A stretch of 63,890 nucleotides of DNA, counting the filler, from Myxococcota bacterium (GTDB lineage: Bacteria; Myxococcota_C; UBA6777): assembly GCA_023150835.1 (NCBI GenBank). It is 3 parts of 3 records of this genome, joined end to end, with 100 filler letters (N's around TTAATTAATTAA, not from the genome) between each part and the next. Parts side by side here need not be neighbours in the genome. Positions count along the whole stretch, not along the records: positions 1 to 25,881 come from JAKLKB010000095.1; 2 more parts are not named here. One strand, written 5' to 3'. Positions 1-10,479 of the stretch are shown in pieces. The position numbers and the translations under genes were made by a program. The notes under the pieces were generated by a model. The model was not told the origin of the DNA and did no database searches. It was given only the letters and a program-made list of their open reading frames with translations. How positions within the stretch are numbered: position 1 is the first letter of the stretch; each line of letters opens with the position of its first letter.

Positions 1-1743
1 GGTGGATTGGTTTGCGGTGTTGGAGGGGGTGTTGGTATTGGGGGGGTTGTTTGTGCTGTTGCCTTGTTGGGGAGGGTTCGAGGCGATCGGGCGAGGCAGG
101 GGTTGGAGCGGGACGTTTTGGTAAGTGTCGGAAGTGGCGGTCCAACTGTAAAGGTGTGGGAGGAATCCGTCTTTTCGGATCTGGATCTGGACTTTTCTTC
201 CGATGCGAACGCTGAGTTCTGCGGGAGTGGTATTTTCTTGTTTCTCGCCGCCGAGCCAGATCTCCGCGCCAGCGGGGACGCTGTGCAATTGGAGCTTGAC
301 GAAGATTTGTTTGTCGGGATCGACGCGAGGATCTTTGGTGGGGGTGGGGGGAAGGAAGACAAAGATTCCCGCACCCACGAGAAGCAAGACCACCACCACG
401 GCTCCGAAGATCAAGCCTTTGTGGGGGCCTGTGCCTTGGGGTTTGCCCTTTTTTTGGCCAACGAGTGTGACGTCGAGTGGATCGCGGCCTCCTGTCAAGG
501 CGCTTGCGGGGATGTTTGTATGTGCGGGGGGAGGGGCGGTGGGGAGGTGAGCAGAGCTTTGATAACCTCCGCTGGCGATTCCTGCGTTTCCATAAGCACC
601 CGAAGGGCTGCCATAAGGGGCAGCTTTGCGCTGTCCAAAGTTGTCCATCGCAACCATCAAGCCTTCGGCTTCGAGATCGATGCGTTGGGTTTGTGGGCCG
701 GTGTCGTAATCTTCTACGTCGTAGTCTTGGTTTGCGTTGCGGTGGACGACGGTGGCTTCGGAGGGTTCCAGTCCGAGGGGGTCATCGAAGCCGCTAAAGC
801 GGCCTGTGGCTTCGCCTTCTTCATCGTCGCCTTCTCCGAGCACGTTTGCAAAACGCTCGCGCAGAGCGTCTGCGAACTCTTGGGCGCTTGCGTAGCGGTG
901 GTTTGGGCGTTCTGCGAGGGCGTAGCGGAGGACATCTTCGAGGTCGAGCGAGAGCTTGCGTTCTTTTTCGAGGTCTGTGCAAACTTGTGCGAAGAAGTCT
1001 TTTTGTGCATCGCGCAGGCGTGCAAGAGAGCCATCAAACAGGCGTCTGCGCATCAGCATCTCGGCGAGGACGACGCCAGCGGCAAAGATATCGATGCGAT
1101 GATCAAGGAGTCCGTCGCCGTTCATCTGTTCGGGGGGTGTATAAAAGGCCGATTCGGGGGCGTATCCACCGGCTTTTCGCAAGCGATCATCCCACCACCA
1201 ATTTTGTCCGAAGTGAAGGATCTGGAGTTGATCGCGTTGGGTGGTTTCGGAGGGGCCGAGGATGATGTTGGCGAGGCGGAGATCTCCGTGGATGATCGAG
1301 GATTGGTGGAGTTTGTGTAGGCCGTCGAGCATCTCAAGAAATAGCGGGAGAGGCCGAAGTGGCGGGGGGATGACTTTTTGTTCGAGGACGCGATCGAGCG
1401 GATGGCCGGAGGCGTGTTCAAGGATGACGTAAAGGCCCGTCTGAGGGTCATGATCGGCGTGGTAGACCTGCGCGACGTGCTGGTGGCGAAACTGGATCAA
1501 GTAGGCGATGCCTTCGCGGTATCGGGTTTGTAGCTCATGCGAGCGGGTGTGTGGGGTGTGAAAGATCTTGATCCACGCGGGATAAGTGGTGTCTTCGTGG
1601 ACAGCTTCGTAAAGCGTCCCGAGTCGGTCTTTGGCGGCTTGTTGTTGGAGTCGGTAGCCACCGATTTGATATCGTTCCCATCGCTCGTCAACCATCTCTG
1701 GCTCCGTATCAGCAATCGTTCTGTGTTGTGACTGGTCCTGCAT
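1..1743 (-). CDS. Ser/Thr protein kinase-like protein with TM helix and PEGA domain (runs off the window edge)
   Basis: Hand translation from ATG 1743 (absent from the ORF track because it is open at position 1): IHGDLRLANIIL catalytic loop, YTPPEQ, IDIFAAGVVLAEML, RPNHRY, TM GLIFGAVVVVLLLVGAGIFVFL, PEGA-like HSVPAGAEIWLGG...TTPAEL. HFG replaces DFG. Confidence 0.85.
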   Translation of the reverse strand, partial: MQDQSQHRTIADTEPEMVDERWERYQIGGYRLQQQAAKDRLGTLYEAVHEDTTYPAWIKIFHTPHTRSHELQTRYREGIAYLIQFRHQHVAQVYHADHDPQTGLYVILEHASGHPLDRVLEQKVIPPPLRPLPLFLEMLDGLHKLHQSSIIHGDLRLANIILGPSETTQRDQLQILHFGQNWWWDDRLRKAGGYAPESAFYTPPEQMNGDGLLDHRIDIFAAGVVLAEMLMRRRLFDGSLARLRDAQKDFFAQVCTDLEKERKLSLDLEDVLRYALAERPNHRYASAQEFADALRERFANVLGEGDDEEGEATGRFSGFDDPLGLEPSEATVVHRNANQDYDVEDYDTGPQTQRIDLEAEGLMVAMDNFGQRKAAPYGSPSGAYGNAGIASGGYQSSAHLPTAPPPAHTNIPASALTGGRDPLDVTLVGQKKGKPQGTGPHKGLIFGAVVVVLLLVGAGIFVFLPPTPTKDPRVDPDKQIFVKLQLHSVPAGAEIWLGGEKQENTTPAELSVRIGRKVQIQIRKDGFLPHLYSWTATSDTYQNVPLQPLPRPIASNPPQQGNSTNNPPNTNTPSNTANQST

Positions 1744-2071
1744 GTAGCGTGAGGCGTTTGGTCGTGTTGCGTAGGGTAGCGAGAAGGGGGGTTCACGTCA
1801 ACAGGGGCGTTGTTTCCGAACCGTGACAGGCTTTGGGCATGCAGAAGACCCCGCGCCGCAGAATTTGAGTACATTCCTCAAGAAGTACAAGGGCAGTAGC
1901 AGATTTGGAGGGGGCGGAGGTTGAATGGGTTGGAGCTCGCGGGCTTCGGCGACATCCCCTGTTGTTTTGAGGGGTTGCGTCGAGGAAGCAGCGGAGGATG
2001 GGTGATCTGGAGAAGTGGAGGTGTTGTGTTGGGGGCGCAAGGCCCGAGGTGTCGGGTGTGGTGGGCAGCGG

Positions 2072-2401
2072 TCAGTAATAATCGCAGCGTTGGACGCAGA
2101 CAGGGCGCGTGCGGCAGCGTTGGACGGGATAGCAATGGTTGCGATAGCTGCAATTCGTGTAGGTGTTGCAGTTTCGGACATAACGGCAAACTTGGTAATC
2201 GCCGCTCCATGCGCAAACGCGACTAAGACCACAGCGGGTTTGCGGGTAGCAGTAGCGGCGTTGGTAGCAGCGGGTGGTGTTAAAACAGCGTTGGACGTTG
2301 GTGCAAACTGTGCGACAGTAAGTGTTTGCGCTGGCGGATGAGGGGAGCATCGATAGAGATCCCGCGCCAAGCACTACAGCCATCAAAAGCCACTTTTTCA
2401 T
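2072..2401 (-). CDS. Secreted cysteine-rich small protein (14 Cys, CX5C repeats)
   Basis: AAGGAGG RBS before ATG 2401; signal peptide MKKWLLMAVVLGAGSLSMLPSSASA; regular Cys spacing. Confidence 0.8.
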   Translation of the reverse strand: MKKWLLMAVVLGAGSLSMLPSSASANTYCRTVCTNVQRCFNTTRCYQRRYCYPQTRCGLSRVCAWSGDYQVCRYVRNCNTYTNCSYRNHCYPVQRCRTRPVCVQRCDYY

Positions 2402-2581
2402 GACATCCTCCTTTGGATGAGGTTTTGGGGCGGGACGGTGGCAGGGTGGGTCTGTCTTGTCGCGCCGGATGAACGTTTCGCCACCCCGAAGACGCCTTGT
2501 GCTTTCGGGGGTCGCGAGGGTTAGACGGTGGCGGGTGGAGTTTGTTTTCAAAAGATCCGCCATACCGTCAGGAGCGTTGGT

Positions 2582-3451
2582 TTAGAGCCATTGGCGTTGA
2601 AGGTAAGCCAGTTTGCCTGATTGTGCGAGGTCGAGGAGGATGAGATCCGCCATATGGAGCAGGGTTTTGTTTTCGAGTTGGACGCCGATGGCGTATTCTT
2701 CGCTCAGACCGAGGTTTTTAATGATCTTGTACTTTTTGGAGACGCTGCGGATCATGTGTAGGGCGATGGGGTGATCGGTGATCACATAGTCGATGCTGCC
2801 GCTTTCCATAGCGTAGATGACCTCTTTATAATTTTCAAAGAAGCGGATCTCTGCGTTAAACAGCGATTGTGCATCGGGGGTGGTGGTTCCGCGAACGATC
2901 GCCATGATGGGTTTTTTGCGGGTGGTTTCGGCAGAGACAAGGACTTTGCTGGTTTTGAGGTAGACTTTGGAGAAGCCGACGAGTTTGGCGCGGGCTTTGG
3001 TGCGCGAAAAGGCGGCGGCTACGATATCGCAGGTGTCTTGTTGGAGGCTAGAGATGCGGGTTCCTGCGTTGATGACGGTCCATTCGATGGTCAGGTTGCG
3101 TTTGTAGTAGACGCTCAAACGCCGGACGATCTGCTCGACGAGATCGATATCATAGCCGACGAGTCGGCGTCCGAGGAAGTAGCCAAAGGGCGGAACATCG
3201 GAGCGGACGCAAGCGCGCAGCACTTGGGATTGGAGGATGCGGGCGAGTTTGGTGCCTTCGGTGGCTTTGGGCATTTCGGGAGAATCGAGCAAGTAGAGCG
3301 GGGCGTCGGCTTCTTTGGGCTTGGCGGCTTCTTTGATCGTGGGCTGTGAGGCCGGTGGTGTGGGGGGTGCAGGTTTTTTGTTGTCTGCGTGGAGGTTTTG
3401 TTGGATCAGCCAGAAGGCGGCGAGCAGGAAAATGATCTTCTTCATGGGCAT
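2582..3451 (-). CDS. Amino-acid ABC-type substrate-binding protein (family 3)
   Basis: Signal peptide, DVPPFGY, GYDIDL, RTKARAKLVGFSKVY, YAIGV motifs. Confidence 0.85.
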   Translation of the reverse strand: MPMKKIIFLLAAFWLIQQNLHADNKKPAPPTPPASQPTIKEAAKPKEADAPLYLLDSPEMPKATEGTKLARILQSQVLRACVRSDVPPFGYFLGRRLVGYDIDLVEQIVRRLSVYYKRNLTIEWTVINAGTRISSLQQDTCDIVAAAFSRTKARAKLVGFSKVYLKTSKVLVSAETTRKKPIMAIVRGTTTPDAQSLFNAEIRFFENYKEVIYAMESGSIDYVITDHPIALHMIRSVSKKYKIIKNLGLSEEYAIGVQLENKTLLHMADLILLDLAQSGKLAYLQRQWL

Positions 3452-3704
3452 TCCTCATAGGTTCGGTCGATGGGGACAAAACATCGCTTGTAGGCATTTG
3501 GCTCAGCCAAGCGATGGGCAACGAGCAGGGGCAGCACAAAGGACAGAGAGAGAAAACGGATGCTGTGTGATATCGAGTGAGGTCTCTTGCGCGTTTGATA
3601 TGTTTTGCAGGATACATACGGGCATCTCCTTGTCAAGGGCAGCGAGTGGGTACACGAGTGGTTGTTTTAGGACGTGGTGGTTTCGGGAAAAAGGGAGCAT
3701 AACG

Positions 3705-4216
3705 TGATGGAGCCTTTGCTGTGGTATGCGCGAGAAGATATCGCGCAGGTGTGGAAAGATGCGTTGTTTTTTTATTTGGAGCATCGCGGGATGTTTGCCA
3801 ATGCGCTGTTGGTGGGTCCGACGTTGCCTGCTTCTGTCGAGGTGGCGTTGGGTCGTGAACTCGAACTACAGGGCTTTTTTTTTCGATCTCTGGCGATGCA
3901 AGCGCAAGCATCGGACGATTTTTTACCTTGGTTGTGGGGGGAGGTTTGTGAGACGGGGGGAGCGGTTCATGATCTTTCGCGTGTGGCGCTGTTGGTTCCG
4001 ATCTGTTCGCAGTTTGTGTTGGCGGGAGGGCGGGGGCTTCGAGCGGCTTGGGCGCGGCAGATCCCTTGCCCTGTGATCTTTCAGATCAGCCCACAAGAAG
4101 ATTGGCGGGGCTGGTGGCGTGAGCATCGTGTGTTGTTTGGTGGGATGCCGTCGGTGTTTTTGGCGGAGGGTACGTTTGCGTTGGCGGACTTGAACGCTGA
4201 TGGAGAGGTGTGGTAG
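3705..4216 (+). CDS. Hypothetical protein
   Basis: ORF with codon style matching its neighbours; GGAG upstream; start uncertain. Confidence 0.45.
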
Positions 4217-4263
4217 GAGTGTTTTTGGATGGATCATAGCGCAAAGAACGGGAGGATCTGCGA

Positions 4264-5198
4264 TGTGGTATCGTTGGCGAGGCGATGGGTGTTTGTGCGC
4301 GGTGTGGTGTTGGGTGGTGTGTTGGACGGTGTGTGGACAAGCCGAGGCGTATTCGCGCAGAAAAACCGAAGCGGGAGTGGCTGTTGCATGGAAGCGGATG
4401 CCTGTGCGTTTTGTGATCGACAATCGGGGGATGGGCGATTATTTCCGAAACTCCCCGACACGCGGTGCTGTCGGCTCGGAGCTTGCGGCGGCTCAACTGG
4501 CGTTTGATGTCTGGTCCAAGGCCACCTGCGTGGGCGGAAAAAAGACTTCGCTGAATTTTACGGACGGCGGTTTGGTGGGAGGAAAGAAGGTGGGGTACGA
4601 CAAGGCGTGTACCGATTGCAACACCAACTTGATCGTCTTCCATTCGTCCCAAGGTTCGTGGCCTTACGACAAGCTGTTGATCGAGCAAACCACCCTAAGC
4701 TACGACCAAAACACAGGCGAGCTTTTCGACATTGATACAGAGATCAACGCGGAACACTACGCTTTTTCGACGCAGACCGACAATACAGAAGAGATGCGCT
4801 ATGATCTGCAAAGCGTGTTGACGTTTGCCGTAGGCCGTTGGGTGGGCTTGGAAGAAGTCAAAGAGGCCGCCTTCAAAGAGTCCACCATGTACACCCAACT
4901 CGATCAAAAAGACACGAACAAGCGGACGCTTGCGGAGGATGATATCGGGGGGGTTTGCGCGATCTATCCACCCAAGGCCACCCCCAATGTCCCTGTGTAC
5001 CAGCAATCCGAGGCGTTCCGTGATGCGGGATGTTCGCAGATCCCACCTGTGTTTTCGTGGTGGTGGCTGGTGGGCGTGTTGGGGTTGTTTGGGTGGCGAA
5101 AACGCCGATCTTGCGGATATCGTATGCGGGTTGGATCGCGATGGGGCGAGCGACACGATCTGCACCACTGTTCGATGACAAACAATCGGTCGTTCTAA
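4264..5198 (+). CDS. Matrixin/M10-like secreted protein lacking zinc ligands, with MYXO-CTERM-like sorting tail
   Basis: AAFDVW-like segment (LAFDVWS), DTEIN, DLQSVLTFAVGRWVGLEE in place of HExGHxxGLxH, Met-turn STMY, RTLAEDDIGGVCAIYP, GC...WWWLVGVLGLFGWRKRR. Confidence 0.75.
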
Positions 5199-5238
5199 GA
5201 GAACAAACGAATGCTGTGTGCATCGCTCGGAGTATGAT

Positions 5239-5832
5239 TTAACGCAAGAGCTGTTGTTGGTAGGGGAGATGATCGCGCAGGGAGCCGAGAAAGCAGGTTG
5301 TGGTGACGCTGCTGTGGGCGTGTTCGGTGGTGCGGAGATTCATGCAGAGTTGGGTGGTGTGCATAACGCAGGCGGAGCCGAGGGCATCGAGATGTTCGAT
5401 CAGAGCGTGAGCGATCTGGTGGGTGGCGAGTTCTTGGAGGGTGAGGCGGTGGGTGAGGCAGCGGACGAGCAGGCCGAGTTGTGAAAAGCCGACGATACGG
5501 TGTTTGGGGAGGTAGGCAAGGTGTGCGACGCCAAAAAAGGGCAGAAGATGATGAGGGCAGATCCCATGAAAGCGGATATCGCGGACCACGATCAGACCGC
5601 CATCTTGGGCGGGAAAGTGATCGGCGAGCAGTCGGGCGGGATCGTATCGATACCCATCAAGGAGGTCTTCTTGCCAACAAGCGGCGACACGTTCGGGGGT
5701 TTCGCGCAAGTGAGGCGCATCAGGCGGAACCCCCAGACCTTCGAGAAAAAGGCGGATGCCTTGGAGTATACGCTGAGGATCGGGGGTGTTGACTTGGGGG
5801 ATGTATCCTTGTTCTTCGGGGGCTGAGGGCAT
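5239..5832 (-). CDS. folE: GTP cyclohydrolase I
   Basis: ETPERVA, CPHHLLPFFG, IVGFSQL, LTLQE, LCM motifs. Confidence 0.92.
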   Translation of the reverse strand: MPSAPEEQGYIPQVNTPDPQRILQGIRLFLEGLGVPPDAPHLRETPERVAACWQEDLLDGYRYDPARLLADHFPAQDGGLIVVRDIRFHGICPHHLLPFFGVAHLAYLPKHRIVGFSQLGLLVRCLTHRLTLQELATHQIAHALIEHLDALGSACVMHTTQLCMNLRTTEHAHSSVTTTCFLGSLRDHLPYQQQLLR

Positions 5833-5955
5833 CGGTCTCTCCGAATGGTCGGTGCTGTGGGCGGTCTTGTCGCACGATGGGGTCAGGGAGGTTTTGTGCG
5901 CGCTTGTTGGCGAAGCGGCTTTTGGTGTTGGGCGGTTCTTTGGGGTCTGTTCTTG

Positions 5956-6372
5956 TCAAGGAGGCTTTGTGCGCGCTTGTTGGCGAAGCTGTTGGAGTTT
6001 GGGTTGCAGCGGCGGTGGTAAGGATTCTTCGATCAGGAGATTCATCAGGAGATAGAATTGTTCGAGGTTTCCGAAGGATTTTTGTTTTTGTTTGTATTCT
6101 TCGATGTGTTGGAGGTTTGCGTGATAGGTTTCAAGGGAGATGGCGGGGAAGCGCAAGATCAAGAGGCGAAGGAGATCTTGGGGTTGTTCTTTTTCGCGGG
6201 GGTAGAGTTGATAAAAGGTGGTGCGAAGCCAGCGGATGCGTTGTTTTTGGGCGACTTGGGGGGCATGGAGCTCGTGGAGGGGGTGACGTGGACAGCCCTT
6301 CAAAAGAGGCATCCAAACAAGCAACAGACAGAAGACGAAGCGAGGCGGAGCAAAACAGCGTTGCATCGTCAA
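5956..6372 (-). CDS. Hypothetical protein, possible lipoprotein
   Basis: Hydrophobic N-terminus followed by LKGC; ATGA overlap with the upstream gene. Confidence 0.5.
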   Translation of the reverse strand: MTMQRCFAPPRFVFCLLLVWMPLLKGCPRHPLHELHAPQVAQKQRIRWLRTTFYQLYPREKEQPQDLLRLLILRFPAISLETYHANLQHIEEYKQKQKSFGNLEQFYLLMNLLIEESLPPPLQPKLQQLRQQARTKPP

Positions 6373-7787
6373 AGGGTGATGATCCCTTTTTGGAGGAGTT
6401 GATGGAGGAGGCGCAAAAAATGGAATTCGGGGAGATTGCTGAGGAGAAGGAGATCGCGGAGGTTGGTGCGTCCGTCGATTTGGGAGAGCAGGAAACCTGC
6501 GCGGTGATCGAGTTCGAGGCTGGAAAGCTGTTGGAAGGAGACGTTGAGGCGGGGGGTTTGGGAGGCATTGGAGATCAGGCCAACGTATTCTTCTTGGAGG
6601 AAGCGTTCGCAGCGTTCGCGGAGGCGTTGTGCGGTGTCGGAGAGTTTTCCCGAACTTTGGAGGATCTCGATCATCTCGATCGCGCCTTGATAATCCTCAA
6701 AGTGATACAAGTCTTCAGCGGCGGCGAGTAACATATCGCGTTCATCGCGAGGAGCAGAAGGGGTTTCTTCCCAGAGTTCGATATGGGGCGGATGTTGCGT
6801 GGCAGCAGAAGCAGCGTGCGGGGGCGCTGCTTGTGGAAAGGAAGTGTAATGCGGCGAACTTTCGGTCTCGGTGAGATGTGCGGAGAGTGCGGGCAACAGA
6901 TCGCGGCTAGAGCGTGGGGAGGGGCCTTCAAAAGGGGAAGCGAGAGGGGAAGGGGAAGCGAGATGCAGATCATCAAACAGCAAGTGAGCGTAGTCGCTGC
7001 TAGGCGGAGGGTTCAGAAAAGAGTCGTCCTCTTCATGGGAGGGGGGTTGTGAGGCGGGAGAGCGTTCTTGTTTTTGGAGGGGGGAATCAAACGATCCACC
7101 TCTGGAGACAGACTCGTTGTGGGAGTGTTCTTGTTTTTGGAGGTGGGAGACGCGTGCGACGAAGCTACTCGGGGGGGCTGAGAGAAAAGAGTCGTCGAAG
7201 TAGGCGTCTTCTTCGGGGAAAGAGGGCGGATCCATGCGACCCGAGGGGCGCATAGGTGGCGGGTTCATTTGATCGAAAGATGCGGATGTTTCGTGGAGAG
7301 GTGAGGGAGACGGCGAACCCGTCGGCCATGCAAAGAGGGCATCGATATCGGGATCGGTGTTGTGTTGATCGGCAGAGGTCAGGTGTTGTGCGAGGTCAGG
7401 TGCTTGATGTGTCGAGGTGACAGGGGATTTGCGTGAAGCCGACGCGAGGTTGGGTGCTGGATGGGTCGATGTGACGGGAGATTTGCGAGCGGGGGGCGCG
7501 GTGTGTGCAGAGGTCTCTGTCGATCTGTGAGAAGTGGGCGCTGGATGGGTCGATGTGACGGGAGATTTGTGAGAAGTGGGTGATGGGTGGGAGTGTTTGG
7601 TCGATGTTTGTGGGAGAGGGGGGGGCGAGTAGGGGAGTTGTTGAAGGAGAAAGAGAGCGTGGGGGTGGCGAGGGTCGACGCGCAAGACTTCTTGCCAGCA
7701 GCGTTGTGCTTCAAGCCAATCGCCGCTTTGGTAGAAGTGGCGTCCTTTCTCGATGAGGGTTAGGATACGGACTTGTGCGTCGGTCAT
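6369..7787 (-). CDS. TPR + Pro/Ser-rich linker + C-terminal DUF4388-like winged-helix protein
   Basis: N-terminal TPR (GRHFYQSGDWLEAQRCWQEVLRVDP), three KSPVTSTH repeats, C-terminal LDHRAGFLLSQIDG. Confidence 0.7.
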   Translation of the reverse strand: MTDAQVRILTLIEKGRHFYQSGDWLEAQRCWQEVLRVDPRHPHALFLLQQLPYSPPPLPQTSTKHSHPSPTSHKSPVTSTHPAPTSHRSTETSAHTAPPARKSPVTSTHPAPNLASASRKSPVTSTHQAPDLAQHLTSADQHNTDPDIDALFAWPTGSPSPSPLHETSASFDQMNPPPMRPSGRMDPPSFPEEDAYFDDSFLSAPPSSFVARVSHLQKQEHSHNESVSRGGSFDSPLQKQERSPASQPPSHEEDDSFLNPPPSSDYAHLLFDDLHLASPSPLASPFEGPSPRSSRDLLPALSAHLTETESSPHYTSFPQAAPPHAASAATQHPPHIELWEETPSAPRDERDMLLAAAEDLYHFEDYQGAIEMIEILQSSGKLSDTAQRLRERCERFLQEEYVGLISNASQTPRLNVSFQQLSSLELDHRAGFLLSQIDGRTNLRDLLLLSNLPEFHFLRLLHQLLQKGIITL

Positions 7788-7791
7788 CGGG

Positions 7792-9636
7792 TCAGGCTCC
7801 CTTTTGGGCGTGTTCGAGGAGCTGGTGAAAGATCTTGCGTGTGCGTTGGAGTGCAGCGATCTCCGAGATCAGTTGAGGGAGATCTTCGGCAGCGATGGCG
7901 TGATGGGTGCGTTCGATGATCTCGTTGGCTTTGCGCAAGGCATCTTGGCCGAGCGGTAGTTCGCCGACGATCTTTTGGACTTTGGTTTTCATACGTTGGA
8001 CGTATTCGATATCTTGCTCGGCGATCTCGCGTTGGCGGAGGAATTCTTTGGAAGTTTTGCTTGCGAGGGCGTGATCGCGGTTTTCTTCGATCATGCGCTG
8101 GATCTCTTCTTCGGTGAGGTGGTTGCTGGCTTCAACGATGATCGATTGCTGTTGACCTGTTTCGAGATCGCGGGCGGCGACGGAGACGATCCCATCGGCG
8201 GAGATCGAGAACTTGACTTCGACTTCGACTTCGCCGCGTGGGGCAGGGCGCAAGCCATCTAGCACAAAGGCTCCAAGCAATTGATTCTCTTCGGCGCGGA
8301 ATGATTCGCCTTGGAGGACGAGGATCTTGACTTGGGTTTGGTAGTCTTTGACGGTGGTGAAGATGTGGCTGCGTGAGCAGGGGACGGTGGTGTTTTTGTC
8401 GATCAGGATCTGAAAGAAGCCACCTGCGATCATAATGCCCAAAGTATGGGGCGTGACATCAAGGAGCAGGACGTTGTTGCGCTGTTCCATGAGGGAGGCA
8501 CCTTGGAGGGCCGCACCGAGGGCCACCACTTCGTCGGGGTGGACGTTGCGCGAGGGGGTACGTCCAAAGAAGGATGTCACGGCTTGTTGGACGCGGGGCA
8601 TCCGCGTCATGCCACCGACGAGGATCACTTCGTCGATGTGTTTGGGGGTGAGGTTGGCCGAATCAAGGGCAAATTGGCAGATCTTGATCGAGCGTTGGAT
8701 CAGGTCATCGCACAGAGACACAAGTTTTTCGCGGGTGAGTGTTTGTTGGAGGTTGTGGGTTTTCCCTGCGTTATCCGTGATCAGAAAGGGGAGGTTGACT
8801 TCGGTTTCTTGGATGGTGGAGAGATCCCATCGGGCTTTTTCGGCGGCTTCTTTGAGGCGTTGCATGGTCATGGGTTCGCGGCGCAGGTCCAGTTTGTTGG
8901 CTTTGGCGAACCCAAAGATCAGCCATTCGATCACGCGCTGATCGAAGTCCTCGCCACCGAGAAAGGTATCGCCTGCGGTGGAGATCACTTCAAACACACC
9001 ATCTTTGAGTTCAAGGATCGAGATATCGAAGGTGCCACCGCCTAGATCGTACACTGCGATGCACTTTTCATCTTCGTCTTGGCGTCCATGTCCGTAGGCG
9101 AGGGCTGCGGCGGTTGGCTCGTTGAGGATGCGCAAGACTTCGAGGCCGGCCATGCGTCCTGCGTCTTTGGTGGCTTGGCGCTGGGCATCGTTAAAGTACG
9201 CTGGGACGGTGATCACGGCATATTTGATGGTTTCGTCGAGTTGTTCTTCGGCGAGTTCTCGGAGTTCGGCGAGGATTACGCTGCCGATCTCGGCGGCGCT
9301 ATAAGCGTGGCCGTAGATCTCGATCCGAGCGTCGTTGTGGGGGCCTGAGATAATCTTGTAAGGAACGACCGTTTGCATGCGTTTGACGATCGGAGAATCC
9401 CATCGTTGGCCGATCAAGCGTTTGGAGGCGTACACGGTGTGGGTGGCGTTGACGATGGCTTGGCGTTTGGCGAGGTGTCCGACGAGTCGTTCGCCTTTGT
9501 TGGTCATGGCGACGATCGAGGGCATCGTGGTGTACCCTGCGCTGTTGGCGAGAACACGGGGGCGGCCTTGTTCGACGATAGCGACACAAGAGTTCGTGGT
9601 TCCAAGATCAATACCGATTACGCGGCCTGTTGTCAT
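7792..9636 (-). CDS. dnaK: Hsp70/DnaK family chaperone (paralog)
   Basis: [53 protein letters not shown]. Confidence 0.95.
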   Translation of the reverse strand: MTTGRVIGIDLGTTNSCVAIVEQGRPRVLANSAGYTTMPSIVAMTNKGERLVGHLAKRQAIVNATHTVYASKRLIGQRWDSPIVKRMQTVVPYKIISGPHNDARIEIYGHAYSAAEIGSVILAELRELAEEQLDETIKYAVITVPAYFNDAQRQATKDAGRMAGLEVLRILNEPTAAALAYGHGRQDEDEKCIAVYDLGGGTFDISILELKDGVFEVISTAGDTFLGGEDFDQRVIEWLIFGFAKANKLDLRREPMTMQRLKEAAEKARWDLSTIQETEVNLPFLITDNAGKTHNLQQTLTREKLVSLCDDLIQRSIKICQFALDSANLTPKHIDEVILVGGMTRMPRVQQAVTSFFGRTPSRNVHPDEVVALGAALQGASLMEQRNNVLLLDVTPHTLGIMIAGGFFQILIDKNTTVPCSRSHIFTTVKDYQTQVKILVLQGESFRAEENQLLGAFVLDGLRPAPRGEVEVEVKFSISADGIVSVAARDLETGQQQSIIVEASNHLTEEEIQRMIEENRDHALASKTSKEFLRQREIAEQDIEYVQRMKTKVQKIVGELPLGQDALRKANEIIERTHHAIAAEDLPQLISEIAALQRTRKIFHQLLEHAQKGA

Positions 9637-9765
9637 CGAGGCGCTCTCCGCTTGGGGGACACTGTGGGGGTGGGGGGAAAGAAAACTTCGGTGCGTGTGC
9701 TTGCTGCGGTATCTTGTGAAGAATCCTTGCGCATCATAGCGAAAAGGGCGGAGCGGAGCAAGGGC

Positions 9766-10401
9766 TTAGAGGTCTTTTTGAAGGATTCCGCCGATCTTGA
9801 GGGCCAAGGCGAGGTTGCCGTCGATGGCGACTTTCTTTTGTTTCCAAGCCTCTAGCGGATGGAGTTTGCGTTCTTGCATGGCGCGGGCTGTGGCGTAATC
9901 GGTGCGCAAGACAAACTCTGGGCTGCGGTCGAGCTGCTGCGTCCACAAGCCTGCTTTGAGCGAGAGGTTCCCTTCAGGGGAGCCTTCGAGGATGGCTTCA
10001 AAGACGACGGGGGTTTGGCGGAGGGCTTGGAGTTTGGCTTCTGTGAGGCGGGGGAGCTTACCGTTCTTTTTTTCTTCGTAGGCGATCAGTTTGTTGATGT
10101 ATTCTTCGGGTCCACCGGCTTCTTCGATCTCTTTGCATACGCGGTCGTACCACAGCGGAAGGGCGAGATCCCATTGTTGGCGGGTCGAGCGCACCGTCAA
10201 CAGCGGATCGCTGCTGCGGGTTTCTTTGGCGCTATAATCGCCTAGATCAAAGGTGAGTTTGCAAGACAGGCCACCTTCGCCTTGGATATCCAGTTGCACA
10301 TCAAAGCAGGCTTCTTCGAGAAGGGGTGGGGGGGAAAACACTTCTTTGGCCCAATCTGCGAGGATTTGAAAGAAGAATTCGCGGGGGGTGGGTTGAGGCA
10401 T
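9766..10401 (-). CDS. SCP2 sterol/lipid-binding domain protein
   Basis: C-terminal LHPLEAWKQKKVAIDGNLALALK typical of SCP2. Confidence 0.7.
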   Translation of the reverse strand: MPQPTPREFFFQILADWAKEVFSPPPLLEEACFDVQLDIQGEGGLSCKLTFDLGDYSAKETRSSDPLLTVRSTRQQWDLALPLWYDRVCKEIEEAGGPEEYINKLIAYEEKKNGKLPRLTEAKLQALRQTPVVFEAILEGSPEGNLSLKAGLWTQQLDRSPEFVLRTDYATARAMQERKLHPLEAWKQKKVAIDGNLALALKIGGILQKDL

Positions 10402-10479
10402 CTGATCGGCTCCTTGTGAGGTGAAGGTTGAGCGGCGTGAAGAGAGCGAGTGGATGTCGCGGTATTTGGTTGGCTTGGT

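Noticed and set aside
7-1320. 437-aa plus-strand ORF
   Set aside because: Antisense shadow of the minus-strand kinase gene
2072-2401. RiPP precursor
   Set aside because: Sec-type signal peptide and no neighbouring radical SAM, YcaO or Lan enzymes
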